The translations under genes and the position numbers were made by a program. This document shows positions 47,366 through 56,683 of a stretch of DNA of 64,000 nucleotides, piece by piece. Every line of letters begins with the position of its first letter. The stretch's first letter is position 1. Where the stretch lies: positions 62,001 through 126,000 of IMG/VR virus record IMGVR_UViG_3300034073_003340. One strand, 5' to 3'. The notes beneath the pieces were generated by a model. It did no database searches. It was not told where the DNA came from and saw only the letters and a list, made by a program, of their open reading frames with translations.

Positions 47366-47764
47366 TTAGCCGGAGAATGCGTTGAGGAGAATATCAAGAT
47401 CTCCTACGAGTTTGGCGCGCATGGCGAGATCGGCTTCAAAGAATGTAACGGTTATAGGTAGATAGTTGTTGGCATGCCACGGCATACTACATTGTCGATC
47501 CAGATATAAGACATGACGGCTTGAAAAGGTTTGTTGGTCAGGGAACACCACTTCAAACTTTTTGAAAAAGCTTGTCATTATTGCCAGTCCACCCTGACTC
47601 AACTGAAGTCCACATTTGGCATCATCATTCCCACCTCGGAAATTTTTAAACATCATACGGATAAGTTCATCATCCGTCATGTTTGGTATTTCATTAGCGT
47701 GCTTGACCGGATTGGCATCATATGCCTTTCTTATAGCAGCCACTATGGGATAATGTATGCTCAT
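47366..47764 (-). CDS. Conserved hypothetical phage protein
   Basis: GLQLS..G, LYLDR..PW; ATGA overlap. Confidence 0.65.
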   Translation of the reverse strand: MSIHYPIVAAIRKAYDANPVKHANEIPNMTDDELIRMMFKNFRGGNDDAKCGLQLSQGGLAIMTSFFKKFEVVFPDQQTFSSRHVLYLDRQCSMPWHANNYLPITVTFFEADLAMRAKLVGDLDILLNAFSG

Positions 47765-48048
47765 TCAGAAATAGGCTTGCCACCCGTTAGCTCATAGACT
47801 TTAAATTTGTCAGTCTTGAAGAGCTTGTTGAGCTTTTCAGCAAGATTGAAAGCATGACCGGGATTACTGAAACTTACCTTCTTATATTTTGGACCAGGGT
47901 AGTTTACTAGACTGTTGATCGATCTCAAATTGATCGGTTTGCCCTCAAAGAACACGGCATAGATAGCTTCAGCTTCCAACACCTGTTCGGCTTTGAAGGT
48001 CTTTGGATCAGTGTAATCCAATAGTATTCTTGGTTTTGGCCTAGACAT
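47761..48048 (-). CDS. Conserved hypothetical phage protein
   Basis: MSRPKP..YPGPKYKKVSFSNPGHAFNLAEKLN; late promoter upstream. Confidence 0.75.
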   Translation of the reverse strand: MSRPKPRILLDYTDPKTFKAEQVLEAEAIYAVFFEGKPINLRSINSLVNYPGPKYKKVSFSNPGHAFNLAEKLNKLFKTDKFKVYELTGGKPISE

Positions 48049-48142
48049 TTGCGACCTCTCTATTAAGCACATGGTTATTTATCCAACTTGACTCCTAATG
48101 AATATATGTTAGAGTAATCCTGATTTGGAGAGAATTTTTCTT

Positions 48143-48676
48143 ATGAGCACAATTGGACTATATGCAGGATCCTTTGATCCCATGACACGGGGACATTTGG
48201 ATATCTTGAGCAAAGCAGCTCAGACCTTTGATACAGTCCATGTGGCAGTTGGTCGCAATGCTTCCAAAAAGGGCTTCTTTGATGTAGAAACCCGAATCGT
48301 ACTGATGAAGCAGGCTGTCAATGAATGGGAGAATCCCATTCTCAAACAGGCAGTTGAAATGGGTCGTTTGACGTTTGGTCAATATGAAGGAATCAGTATT
48401 ATCAAATATGCCAACCATATTGGTGCCACTCACATTGTTAGGGGCCTCCGCCAGGCGGGCGACTTCAATGATGAGTTTGCTTTGACAGGTGCCGCTGCCT
48501 ATTTGGATGGCAATATTATCTTTACCCATTTTATTGGTAAGGAAAAATATCTGCATGTTTCAAGTAGCACTGCTCGTGAACTAGCCAGTCTGGATGAAGA
48601 TATCAGCTGGCTAGTCACCCCTAGCGTTGAAAAAGCTCTCGAGGATGAGTTTGCTGCTCGCAGACTCAACAGGTAA
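48143..48676 (+). CDS. coaD: Phosphopantetheine adenylyltransferase
   Basis: YAGSFDPMTRGHLD, IVRGLR..DF..E, VSSS..RE. Confidence 0.92.
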   Translation: MSTIGLYAGSFDPMTRGHLDILSKAAQTFDTVHVAVGRNASKKGFFDVETRIVLMKQAVNEWENPILKQAVEMGRLTFGQYEGISIIKYANHIGATHIVRGLRQAGDFNDEFALTGAAAYLDGNIIFTHFIGKEKYLHVSSSTARELASLDEDISWLVTPSVEKALEDEFAARRLNR

Positions 48677-48865
48677 ATGGAAAGATTTCTCCTCATTTTT
48701 CTAGCTATCTTTTTGCTAGTAACCATCTGCTTGGCTATCCATATTCAGATAGGTCATAAAAGAGATCTCAATTATCCAGCACGTATATTGATATTCTTGT
48801 TGACCCTATTGATGATCTTTACGTTCTATCACGTCAACCAAAGTCTGCTCACGCTGGTTGATTAG
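48677..48865 (+). CDS. Small putative membrane protein
   Basis: Two hydrophobic segments; abuts the coaD stop; overlaps a minus-strand gene. Confidence 0.4.
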   Translation: MERFLLIFLAIFLLVTICLAIHIQIGHKRDLNYPARILIFLLTLLMIFTFYHVNQSLLTLVD

Positions 48866-49075
48866 AGAAATCATCTCCTGCCTCGTAAGGTCACCAAACC
48901 ATTTACGAGGATTACCACAACAAAAATTAGAGCAGGGATGCGGTGTTACCGCTGATCTACGAATCCAACCTGTGCGGTCCTCTGCGTGACCCCACCAACC
49001 AAGAGCGCTCGCGCGACGTTCCGCACGAGCAATAGCGCGCTCACGTTGAGCACGTCTCCAAGACCTATTTCGCAT
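48806..49075 (-). CDS. Arg-rich small protein with C-x2/3-C motif
   Basis: GGAGG SD before MRNRSWRR; TPHPCSNFCCGNPRK. Confidence 0.7.
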   Translation of the reverse strand: MRNRSWRRAQRERAIARAERRASALGWWGHAEDRTGWIRRSAVTPHPCSNFCCGNPRKWFGDLTRQEMISLINQREQTLVDVIERKDHQ

Positions 49076-49162
49076 GTTTACCTCCACACGCCTAGGCCCC
49101 AGCGTTAATTCGCCGGGGTCAGGGCATGTTGGGAGGTCTAAGTTCCTTGATTTCCATATTGT

Positions 49163-50035
49163 CTACTTAGTGGAAATGTCGATTTGAGTCAAGGTAAAGG
49201 GTGGATTTTCCCTTGGATAGCCGCGAGCATTATTGGCGTATATCACGCCCTCGATTTCTCGCATCTGACGATGATGAGTGTGTCCATATATCCAAAGTTT
49301 GATTTTGTTTTTGGAGTCTGCTTGGATTACCTGGTCGAGCGCAGTATTTACATAGCTGGGAGTAAGAGTATTCCAAACAATATCTCCTACCTTCCATTCC
49401 ATGAGATCCGCCCTTGGACTCATGTGAGTGGTAACCACGATAGCATGAATTGATTCGTCTTCACCGGCAATTCTTACTTGTTCGGCAAGATTGATAGCTT
49501 GGGTAGCGGCCAGACTTTCAACCGTAGAACCGTTGAAATCCAAAAAGCGAGAATCGTTGGAATATTGATTCCAAGCCCGCTTGGCAGTGAAATCGCTGAT
49601 TCCTTGGTCTTCATAAGCTCTAAAATTATACCAGCCGGTACTACCAAAGAAAGCCACCCCATCTAGAGTAAAGCTGTTATCGTCCTTTAGATAATGAACA
49701 TTATCCAAGCGACTCAATTGATTGGACAAAAATTCCATACCATGGTCAATCGACATATCATTATCATAATGATCGTGATTGCCTTCAACTACTACCACAT
49801 GCTCATATTCAGCAGATGCTGCTTCAATTACCTGGATAGTAGTGATAAGATTGTTGGATATATCACCAGCAATTACTAAGACCCGACTATCTGGATTCTT
49901 ATATTCTCTCCAATCAATATAAAGAAACAGAGACTCGTAAGGTTCACCTGACCACTTACGACTATTGGGATCATGAAGTCGAGTCTGATTGTGCCAAGCG
50001 TCAACATGAAGGTCAGAGCAGAAATCTATTTTCAT
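49163..50035 (-). CDS. Calcineurin-like metallophosphoesterase; TAG stop
   Basis: SDLH, AGD, GNHD, TH, GHTH motifs. Confidence 0.92.
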   Translation of the reverse strand: MKIDFCSDLHVDAWHNQTRLHDPNSRKWSGEPYESLFLYIDWREYKNPDSRVLVIAGDISNNLITTIQVIEAASAEYEHVVVVEGNHDHYDNDMSIDHGMEFLSNQLSRLDNVHYLKDDNSFTLDGVAFFGSTGWYNFRAYEDQGISDFTAKRAWNQYSNDSRFLDFNGSTVESLAATQAINLAEQVRIAGEDESIHAIVVTTHMSPRADLMEWKVGDIVWNTLTPSYVNTALDQVIQADSKNKIKLWIYGHTHHRQMREIEGVIYANNARGYPRENPPFTLTQIDISTK

Positions 50036-50250
50036 TTGAAAGATCCCCCGCCTATGACAACTTCAGTTACTTCCTTGGCTTTCGAGAGCTCGTTTATTTC
50101 CCTCAATAGTTCGTTTTCTCTAACCAACATCAGGGAAAGCTCATTTGAAAGATCTTGAGCTTGATCCATTGTCATAGAAAATGCCACTGAACGTGATCGA
50201 CTCTTCTGGCGCACTGAATCAATGAAACGTCTTATAACCTGATAGTTCAC
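50032..50250 (-). CDS. Hypothetical protein
   Basis: Coupled overlaps on both sides; ends GGGSFK. Confidence 0.65.
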   Translation of the reverse strand: MNYQVIRRFIDSVRQKSRSRSVAFSMTMDQAQDLSNELSLMLVRENELLREINELSKAKEVTEVVIGGGSFK

Positions 50251-50714
50251 TTGTCTTGCCCCACCGATAAGTTGGCTTGAGTATTCAGCATACTAATGTG
50301 GTTGCTGAGTTCCAGTTTGTTACGAAAAGGTCCAACTGACTCGTATTGTTTGGTGGTACTTTCTTTGGGACAATATGCGATTGTCCAACCGTTGGGGAAT
50401 TTCAAACCCCAATATCCCGCAGCAAATATCATTCTACCACCAGTGGTATACAGTGGTGGCTTCTCGCTTTGGATCACAATATGTTCATGTTTGACTGGAT
50501 AGCCATTTATCTGGCTAACTTCATTGTCTTCTTGTCGCTGTTCCAGAGACAACTTGCCAAACTTCTTTTCAACCGCCTGGTAATCTTCAAATTCAAGACG
50601 ACTAGAAGGGCTCATAAAAAGATAGCCCTCGTCGGTTTTAAACAAAAGACCTGAAGATCCAGATGTCGTGCGAATAATCCAGCTATTGCTGGTGAGTTGG
50701 AGCATTTTGCTCAT
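50247..50714 (-). CDS. Conserved hypothetical phage protein
   Basis: AAGYW..W..YCPK..Y..GPF; GGAGG SD. Confidence 0.7.
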   Translation of the reverse strand: MSKMLQLTSNSWIIRTTSGSSGLLFKTDEGYLFMSPSSRLEFEDYQAVEKKFGKLSLEQRQEDNEVSQINGYPVKHEHIVIQSEKPPLYTTGGRMIFAAGYWGLKFPNGWTIAYCPKESTTKQYESVGPFRNKLELSNHISMLNTQANLSVGQDK

Positions 50715-50772
50715 TGAGTCCTCCAGTTATTATATCTATCCTAACAGATATAACAACCAGAGTTCAATAAAA

Positions 50773-51099
50773 TCATGGATTCAAGGTGGGTGGAATGTCT
50801 TGACCAGTTGCTAGATACGCCGCATGAAAAATGGCTCTAGTCTGATCTCTAGTCGTGTTGGTATCCAATATGCCTCGAACAATCAAAGCGCATTGAATAA
50901 ACCCAATCCAACGACCAGTCTTATCAACAGGATTCTGTTGATTCCGGTCCATTCCAGTTTCTACCAGCCAGAGTAAATGGTCATAGTTGACTTCATCTAC
51001 TATCGGGGTGTTTCTGATAAGCTCTTCATTATCAATGATGACAGTTCTCAATTCCGTCATCACCTGCATCTGAGCATCACGAACTTCTTGGAGTATCAT
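50773..51099 (-). CDS. Hypothetical protein
   Basis: DKTGRWIGFIQ motif. Confidence 0.65.
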   Translation of the reverse strand: MILQEVRDAQMQVMTELRTVIIDNEELIRNTPIVDEVNYDHLLWLVETGMDRNQQNPVDKTGRWIGFIQCALIVRGILDTNTTRDQTRAIFHAAYLATGQDIPPTLNP

Positions 51100-51527
51100 T
51101 TTGGTTCAATGCTTTCGGCGGGACGATAGTAGCGACCAGCTGTCTTACCATCCAGGCGATGTTCGTCATTTTTATCATTGGCCCAAGCACTTACAATGAA
51201 GCCCTCTCTAGCCAAAACGTAGGAATAATCGTAATCTTCGCTTAGGTTATGAACTCTGATGAGCATCTTTTGGATCTTGTTTAACGAGATACCAGACTCA
51301 TTTATCTGTTCATAAATCTCCACAAGAGTGTTGTTGGGATGAAAAATTTCTTCCCTCGAGGGAAGAGGAATGATACCACGACGATCTTCCATAAGCTGCT
51401 CAGCAGCATGGAACGTGACATCTACTTCCTTGATCTGGCCAACAAACTCGGCACACATTTCACCAACGTTCTCGGGGAAGAAAATCTTATTATGATAACA
51501 GCGAAGATTGATACGTGGCTTAGCCAT
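51096..51527 (-). CDS. Hypothetical protein
   Basis: Start ATG 51527 after the CYTH gene; FHAAEQ..SAWAN..H pattern. Confidence 0.6.
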   Translation of the reverse strand: MAKPRINLRCYHNKIFFPENVGEMCAEFVGQIKEVDVTFHAAEQLMEDRRGIIPLPSREEIFHPNNTLVEIYEQINESGISLNKIQKMLIRVHNLSEDYDYSYVLAREGFIVSAWANDKNDEHRLDGKTAGRYYRPAESIEPK

Positions 51528-51531
51528 AAAA

Positions 51532-52098
51532 TTAGGCGATCTCCTTGAGCAGTTGTATGACTTTAGAACGTTCACACAACTTGCGATTCTTGAACCGACC
51601 GTCATCTTCTGGTACGGCAAAAGTCAGATACTCTTTTACCAGCGGATGAAGTCGATCGGGAGGTCCTGCGTTGGCAGGCACCTCAAACTCCGCCATGGCG
51701 AGATAGATGCCTTTTTGGTCTCGGAAAAAGTCAATTTCCCAAACACCTGAAGTATTATTACATGGAAGTAGGAATCGTGTCTTTATAATTTTGTGATCAG
51801 CTTCGTCCCAAGCAAGATCAAAATCCTCCTTGGAGATTTCACTTTCAATCTCCAAACATCCTGGTTGATTGGTCAGATCATGCTTATAAGTGAATATGCG
51901 TTCAGTCTTGGGTTCATCTTGAAGTTTACCTTGGTAAATCTGCCAAGTTTTCAAACGAACTCTGCCACCCCTGCTGAGATATCCTTGCTGGATATCTACC
52001 TTGCCAGTAATAAGCCCAGGGGTGTCAATTGGGCTTAGTCTAGCCCAAAGTTCTTCAGCATCTCGAAGGACATACTTAAATTCACGTTCAATTGGCAT
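51532..52098 (-). CDS. CYTH-domain (triphosphate tunnel) protein
   Basis: IEREFKY, QGYL, RVR, K.R, WEIDFF, AEFE. Confidence 0.88.
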   Translation of the reverse strand: MPIEREFKYVLRDAEELWARLSPIDTPGLITGKVDIQQGYLSRGGRVRLKTWQIYQGKLQDEPKTERIFTYKHDLTNQPGCLEIESEISKEDFDLAWDEADHKIIKTRFLLPCNNTSGVWEIDFFRDQKGIYLAMAEFEVPANAGPPDRLHPLVKEYLTFAVPEDDGRFKNRKLCERSKVIQLLKEIA

Positions 52099-52171
52099 TT
52101 GCGTCCTCCGTCCCTGTGAGTGTCATATGGGACCTGTAAAATCTTACGTCAATCCCTGTAGCTTCGCCTTT

Positions 52172-53218
52172 CTAAGAATTTGTATAGGGTGCCTGTAGAA
52201 GAGCAGCATACTCGTTGGGGTTCTTGGATAGATTGACAAGGGCCATTTCCTCACAGAACTTTAAGAACCAAATTCCAACGCCGGTTTTCTTTGGCTGCTG
52301 GACAGCTTCAAGGATAACGGCATCCAGAAGTTGCTTGATTTCTTCGGGCTGTTGACGAAGATCAATAAGCGTTTGATTGCGACGGTAGGCGTCCTGAACT
52401 TTGACGATGTTGCCTTCATGGTCTTCCCATTCGTCGTTCATGAACAGGGTCCAGTCGTAACCTCTACCGGCTCGGTCTTCGTATGCCTCTTTAATCCCAG
52501 GCTTTTTGGAAGATCCATTCTCTCGCACGCCAGGCTTGGCACTCATGATATTATCGGAGGCGTCACCTCTGATACATTTCTTGAACAGTTCGTATTCGGG
52601 ATCAGGAGGACTGATGAATTCAGTCGTCTTCTTCTTGACCTCGCGAACCTTGCCATTCTTACCAATGACCTTTTCCGTAATAGTCTTTTCCTTGGCGGCA
52701 GGCTGGTCCTTTTCATCAAGAACAAAATCCTTGGTGATGGTCCACTGCTTTACACCGTCGTAGATCTTCACGTTATCAGCTAGTAGCTGATAAAAATCAC
52801 TGTCACCGGAAAAAATGATGTGCTGGTCATTGGGATGAAGGTCAATCCATCGAGCAATAAAGTCATCAGCTTCACAACCAACAGACTCAAGAACTGTCAC
52901 ATTGGTTCTCTTGCGAAGAAACTCAACAAGATGCTTCATTGTGTCAAAATAAAGCTCGTCCTCTTCTCGTTCACTTTTGGTCTTCAAAGCATCTTGGACG
53001 CGACGATGAGCCTTGTAATCTGGATAGATTTCTCGTCTCCAAGAACTCTTATCCAACGCCACCACAATGTGATCAGCCCCAAATTTACGCCAGATCTGAC
53101 GCAAGCTGTTGAAACAAATATGTAGAGCCATTCCTGCTTTGGTAGCAGCGTCACCGGTGGTTACATGCTTACAGCGATGGAAAAGGTTAGAAGCGTCTAC
53201 TATTGCGTAGGTAGCCAT
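52172..53218 (-). CDS. RNase H / 5'-3' exonuclease (T4 rnh-like); TAG stop
   Basis: IVDASN, SWRREIYPDYKAHR, EADD, SGDSDFYQL, GDASDNI. Confidence 0.92.
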   Translation of the reverse strand: MATYAIVDASNLFHRCKHVTTGDAATKAGMALHICFNSLRQIWRKFGADHIVVALDKSSWRREIYPDYKAHRRVQDALKTKSEREEDELYFDTMKHLVEFLRKRTNVTVLESVGCEADDFIARWIDLHPNDQHIIFSGDSDFYQLLADNVKIYDGVKQWTITKDFVLDEKDQPAAKEKTITEKVIGKNGKVREVKKKTTEFISPPDPEYELFKKCIRGDASDNIMSAKPGVRENGSSKKPGIKEAYEDRAGRGYDWTLFMNDEWEDHEGNIVKVQDAYRRNQTLIDLRQQPEEIKQLLDAVILEAVQQPKKTGVGIWFLKFCEEMALVNLSKNPNEYAALLQAPYTNS

Positions 53219-53275
53219 TTGAATCTCCTGATTATCCGTTATCTTAACATCAAGAGAAGTCAGAAATCATTATTC

Positions 53276-54130
53276 TTAGCTGTATTCTGTCAATCCATCA
53301 TCGCGCTTGGTGCGACTAACCCCTGCCATTGGCATCGGATCTGAGGATCCATCATCAATATCTAGTGGATTATCAATGTTAAGCATTTGGCGCATGGCTT
53401 CTTCAAACCATTTGTCTACTATCTCGTCCGGGGTGACGCCAGACCAGCCTTTGCTTTCCAGGAACTGAATAAAGTATTCATTCCAATCTAGCTCAATGGC
53501 CATCTGGGTGTTTTCGCCGCGAATAGTATGATCAGCACCGATGACATTAAACCAAGGTTCTCTTAGAAGAGTAGCCACTTCCTTGTCGTGCTCGTTTTCA
53601 GTTATGTTTCCAAACTTGAGCTCTAATCCAAGCTGAGCAATCTTGTAGTCAATGGATGATTTGTCATCAAACTTCATGTCTAGAAGTTCGTGCTCTGCTT
53701 GCTCTTCAGTCTTATGACCAAATCTGACATCCAGTTTGAGCTTATCTCTTTTGTAAGACTCAGTTTCTTTGTTGTCGTAGGACAATTCAAAAAGCTTGTA
53801 TTCCAGCTCTTCCAAGCTGAGTTTGCCAAACTTATGGAGGTATTTGGCTATCGCGCGCTCGCGGTCCGTCTCATTGAGATTGACATCATTTTCAATCAAG
53901 CCAAGTCCATAATCAAACTCACCAATCTTATGATAGCGATAGTCTAGTCTGAGTTTGTCGGTGCGATATGCCTTGGTATCCTTGTCTTCATGGTCAATAT
54001 CTAGAAGACGGTAGGCCAGATCCTCGCCATCCCAATAGTATTCAGCCTCAGCAACCTTACGAAGAGAGCCTGCTAGTCCCCAGTGAGCGGGCCAAAAGCC
54101 AAAAGGAATGATGCGTTTGATCTTAGCCAT
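53276..54130 (-). CDS. Hypothetical protein with internal about 36-aa repeats
   Basis: IELDWNEYFI..IVDKWF C-terminus; repeated helical units. Confidence 0.7.
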   Translation of the reverse strand: MAKIKRIIPFGFWPAHWGLAGSLRKVAEAEYYWDGEDLAYRLLDIDHEDKDTKAYRTDKLRLDYRYHKIGEFDYGLGLIENDVNLNETDRERAIAKYLHKFGKLSLEELEYKLFELSYDNKETESYKRDKLKLDVRFGHKTEEQAEHELLDMKFDDKSSIDYKIAQLGLELKFGNITENEHDKEVATLLREPWFNVIGADHTIRGENTQMAIELDWNEYFIQFLESKGWSGVTPDEIVDKWFEEAMRQMLNIDNPLDIDDGSSDPMPMAGVSRTKRDDGLTEYS

Positions 54131-54139
54131 ATTAACCTC

Positions 54140-54670
54140 TTATGTTATCTGAGTATTTAATCCAATGATATTCAATATCTGGGTGATGCGATCCACCTCG
54201 GGGTCATTGGTCACTCTATGATAATCAATCGATTTGGCATCTAGAAAGTTCTTGATAGCATCATCGACCTCTATTGCCTGTTCAGCAGTTTGGTTTCGAC
54301 CAGTAGGCTGATAAGCAAAATCTCTACCAATCAAAAAGTTATGATTTTCGTAGGAATTCCAGACTTCCATTAGGAATGTATCAAAGGTAGAAAAGTAGTC
54401 ATCAGATTTATAAATGAGCCCAAGCGGCAATGGACTATCGGTTATTACAAATTCAACCTGTTCGCTCAGACGTTGAATTCTGCGATTCTGCTTTGCCAAG
54501 ATATATAGCTGATCAGTCAAGACATTTTGACGCTTCTCCCACGTCATATCCTTGGCATACTCGGTTACTAGCTCTACTTCCACTTGGCGCTTCTTCATTT
54601 CAAAGAATAGCCCTGCGGCGGTGGTGGATTTACCAGCACCAGGTCCACCCCATATATTGATAACTTTCAT
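54140..54670 (-). CDS. P-loop kinase/ATPase (NadR/AAA_28-like)
   Basis: GGPGAGKST, EYAK, ITDSPL. Confidence 0.8.
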   Translation of the reverse strand: MKVINIWGGPGAGKSTTAAGLFFEMKKRQVEVELVTEYAKDMTWEKRQNVLTDQLYILAKQNRRIQRLSEQVEFVITDSPLPLGLIYKSDDYFSTFDTFLMEVWNSYENHNFLIGRDFAYQPTGRNQTAEQAIEVDDAIKNFLDAKSIDYHRVTNDPEVDRITQILNIIGLNTQIT

Positions 54671-54724
54671 CTTGAACCCTCTTGAAATAACAGGTGGGAC
54701 CATGGTCCCACCTGTTACTTTGTA

Positions 54725-54994
54725 TTATTCTGGATCTGGAATCTGAGTAGCTTCCGCCAGGGTCTCAAACCAGGGCTGCTGTAGCCTGGTTTCCAGGCTG
54801 GCCATCTCGTCCAAAAATACCTGTCTAGCCACTGGTGTTTCAGTCTGATATACTGGGATTTCTAGACCTGCTTGTGACGTGGCAAAAAGCGTACCAGTCA
54901 TAAGATCATTTGGAATATCAACCACAGTAGCTGACAGATAATATCCGTCGATCAGATATGATCTGATCCTTCTAATTGTCTCGAGAATCATCAC
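54725..54994 (-). CDS. Hypothetical protein
   Basis: GTGA overlap with the upstream gene. Confidence 0.55.
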   Translation of the reverse strand: MMILETIRRIRSYLIDGYYLSATVVDIPNDLMTGTLFATSQAGLEIPVYQTETPVARQVFLDEMASLETRLQQPWFETLAEATQIPDPE

Positions 54995-55245
54995 TTCACC
55001 CCACTAGGATCAAAAATCTGATGGCCGACACCGGCCACAAAGATGCCTGTGGCAGTCGCCACTTTTTCCGCCTGAATGGCAGACATTACTGGAGTCAACT
55101 CATAACGCTGACCTGACTTAGAGATTGCGGTAACACGCGCCGAAGAACGGCGAATGTCAGGTAGATTGATTACCCTTTCGGTAACCACGGCTTCGACCTC
55201 ATCTGCGAGGAGTTCGCCATTCATAGTCTTAATGGTATTTGCCAT
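54991..55245 (-). CDS. Hypothetical protein
   Basis: Directly after queE. Confidence 0.6.
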   Translation of the reverse strand: MANTIKTMNGELLADEVEAVVTERVINLPDIRRSSARVTAISKSGQRYELTPVMSAIQAEKVATATGIFVAGVGHQIFDPSGVK

Positions 55246-55246
55246 C

Positions 55247-56122
55247 TTATTTTCCAATCACATTTCCGAAGACCCAGGTGTGGACCCTCGCAGATACTGA
55301 ATACCCACGCTCAACTGCCATTTCAGCAATCTTTGCTTGGTGACTTTCCTGCATTTCACGATCAGCCCCAACAGGCATGATCCAAACGTCCCAATCGATA
55401 CCAGCCTCACGATAGAGGTCAGTTGCTCTCGCGACTTCGTCCCAGTTACGGTCAGTGCCATTACAAACATACTTCAGCTGTCCAGCATTGCTGATAGCCT
55501 TGTATTGTGCCACAACTTCTGGCTTGATCGCGTTAGCCCACATCTCGCCACTCAAGTAGAGCTTGGGAGATACTGACCAAAACAGCTCACCGTCGTGATT
55601 CACGAAAGTGTTTTCAAAAGCGGGACGAGGCTTTTGAGTGCCGTTTGTCTCGATGGTAACAAACTTTGGAGTATTGTTACGAAGAGCAAAGTTTTCCATT
55701 ACATCAACAATAGCCGTCTGACTCATCATAGGCTCACCACCAGTGAATGCCATGTGATGCCACTGCTTGGATGTGGGATGAAGGAACTTGCCTCCTGGCA
55801 GGGTTGCTTCAATCTTATCACAGATTTCAGCAGCCGTGCTCTGGTGAGCTAGAGCACTGAACTTCTTTGCCCAGGAATAGCTGGAATCACAGCCACGATG
55901 GAAAACCGGAAGGGCTTCCATACTCTTATATTCCGAGGGATCAATGTTAAGATAGTCCAGGTCATAGGTCTCTGGCTTGTCTGGCTGTTCCTGACCGAAG
56001 CCTGCGCATTCAAAGTTACAACCCCATACTCTCAGCCAAGTAGTCGGCCTACCGGTATACTGACCTTCTCCTTGAAAAGTCTGTCCGAAAATCTCGGAAT
56101 AACGATACTTCTTCTCTGTCAT
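55247..56122 (-). CDS. queE: 7-carboxy-7-deazaguanine synthase (radical SAM)
   Basis: SEIF..QGEG..G, GCNFEC..CDS, TGGEP, IETNG, SVSPKL. Confidence 0.9.
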   Translation of the reverse strand: MTEKKYRYSEIFGQTFQGEGQYTGRPTTWLRVWGCNFECAGFGQEQPDKPETYDLDYLNIDPSEYKSMEALPVFHRGCDSSYSWAKKFSALAHQSTAAEICDKIEATLPGGKFLHPTSKQWHHMAFTGGEPMMSQTAIVDVMENFALRNNTPKFVTIETNGTQKPRPAFENTFVNHDGELFWSVSPKLYLSGEMWANAIKPEVVAQYKAISNAGQLKYVCNGTDRNWDEVARATDLYREAGIDWDVWIMPVGADREMQESHQAKIAEMAVERGYSVSARVHTWVFGNVIGK

Positions 56123-56628
56123 GCTTTCCACCATTCCTCGTAGGGAAAGATTACCCAGCGCTCATCTTCAGCACGAGAGATTTCTCGACCCACAAAATCT
56201 GCTTCAAATACGTCCTGGCTGATGTTGTTCCACAACACTGCTACCTTGAATTGGTCTTCCCATCTTTCCAAAGGTAGATTAGGTGTCCCACTCAAATTGA
56301 CTAAATTGGTAATCTCATCTGCTACTCTACACAAAGTATCACCAGAATCGCAAATATCATCTACCAGAAGAATGTTTTGTCCTTCCTTGATCCTACGAGC
56401 AACATCAGAGATTTCACTCACATGGCTAACCATGTTATCCCGAAGGCTGTAGTTGATAGTCTGTAGAGGCTTACCTAGGTAGTGACTCAGCATAGTTGCT
56501 GGAACCAGTCCGCCACGAGCTATTCCAACCACTACATCGGGTTTGAAATCACCAACACTCATCTGACGGATGATCTCTTGAAGATCGCCCCGCATTTGGT
56601 CGTTGGTGTAAATGATCTTGTTGGGCAT
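56119..56628 (-). CDS. Type I phosphoribosyltransferase (xanthine/guanine PRT-like)
   Basis: GIARGG, LLVDDICDSGDT PRPP loop, WVIFPYE. Confidence 0.9.
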   Translation of the reverse strand: MPNKIIYTNDQMRGDLQEIIRQMSVGDFKPDVVVGIARGGLVPATMLSHYLGKPLQTINYSLRDNMVSHVSEISDVARRIKEGQNILLVDDICDSGDTLCRVADEITNLVNLSGTPNLPLERWEDQFKVAVLWNNISQDVFEADFVGREISRAEDERWVIFPYEEWWKA

Positions 56629-56683
56629 AACGCACCTCGCTGAAAATACTGGTGTGGTTAACTCCACACCAGTATTCTATATT

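Noticed and set aside
52090-52174. Amber readthrough fusing the RNase H-like gene to the CYTH gene
   Set aside because: The readthrough frame ends at a TGA and is out of frame with the CYTH ATG.
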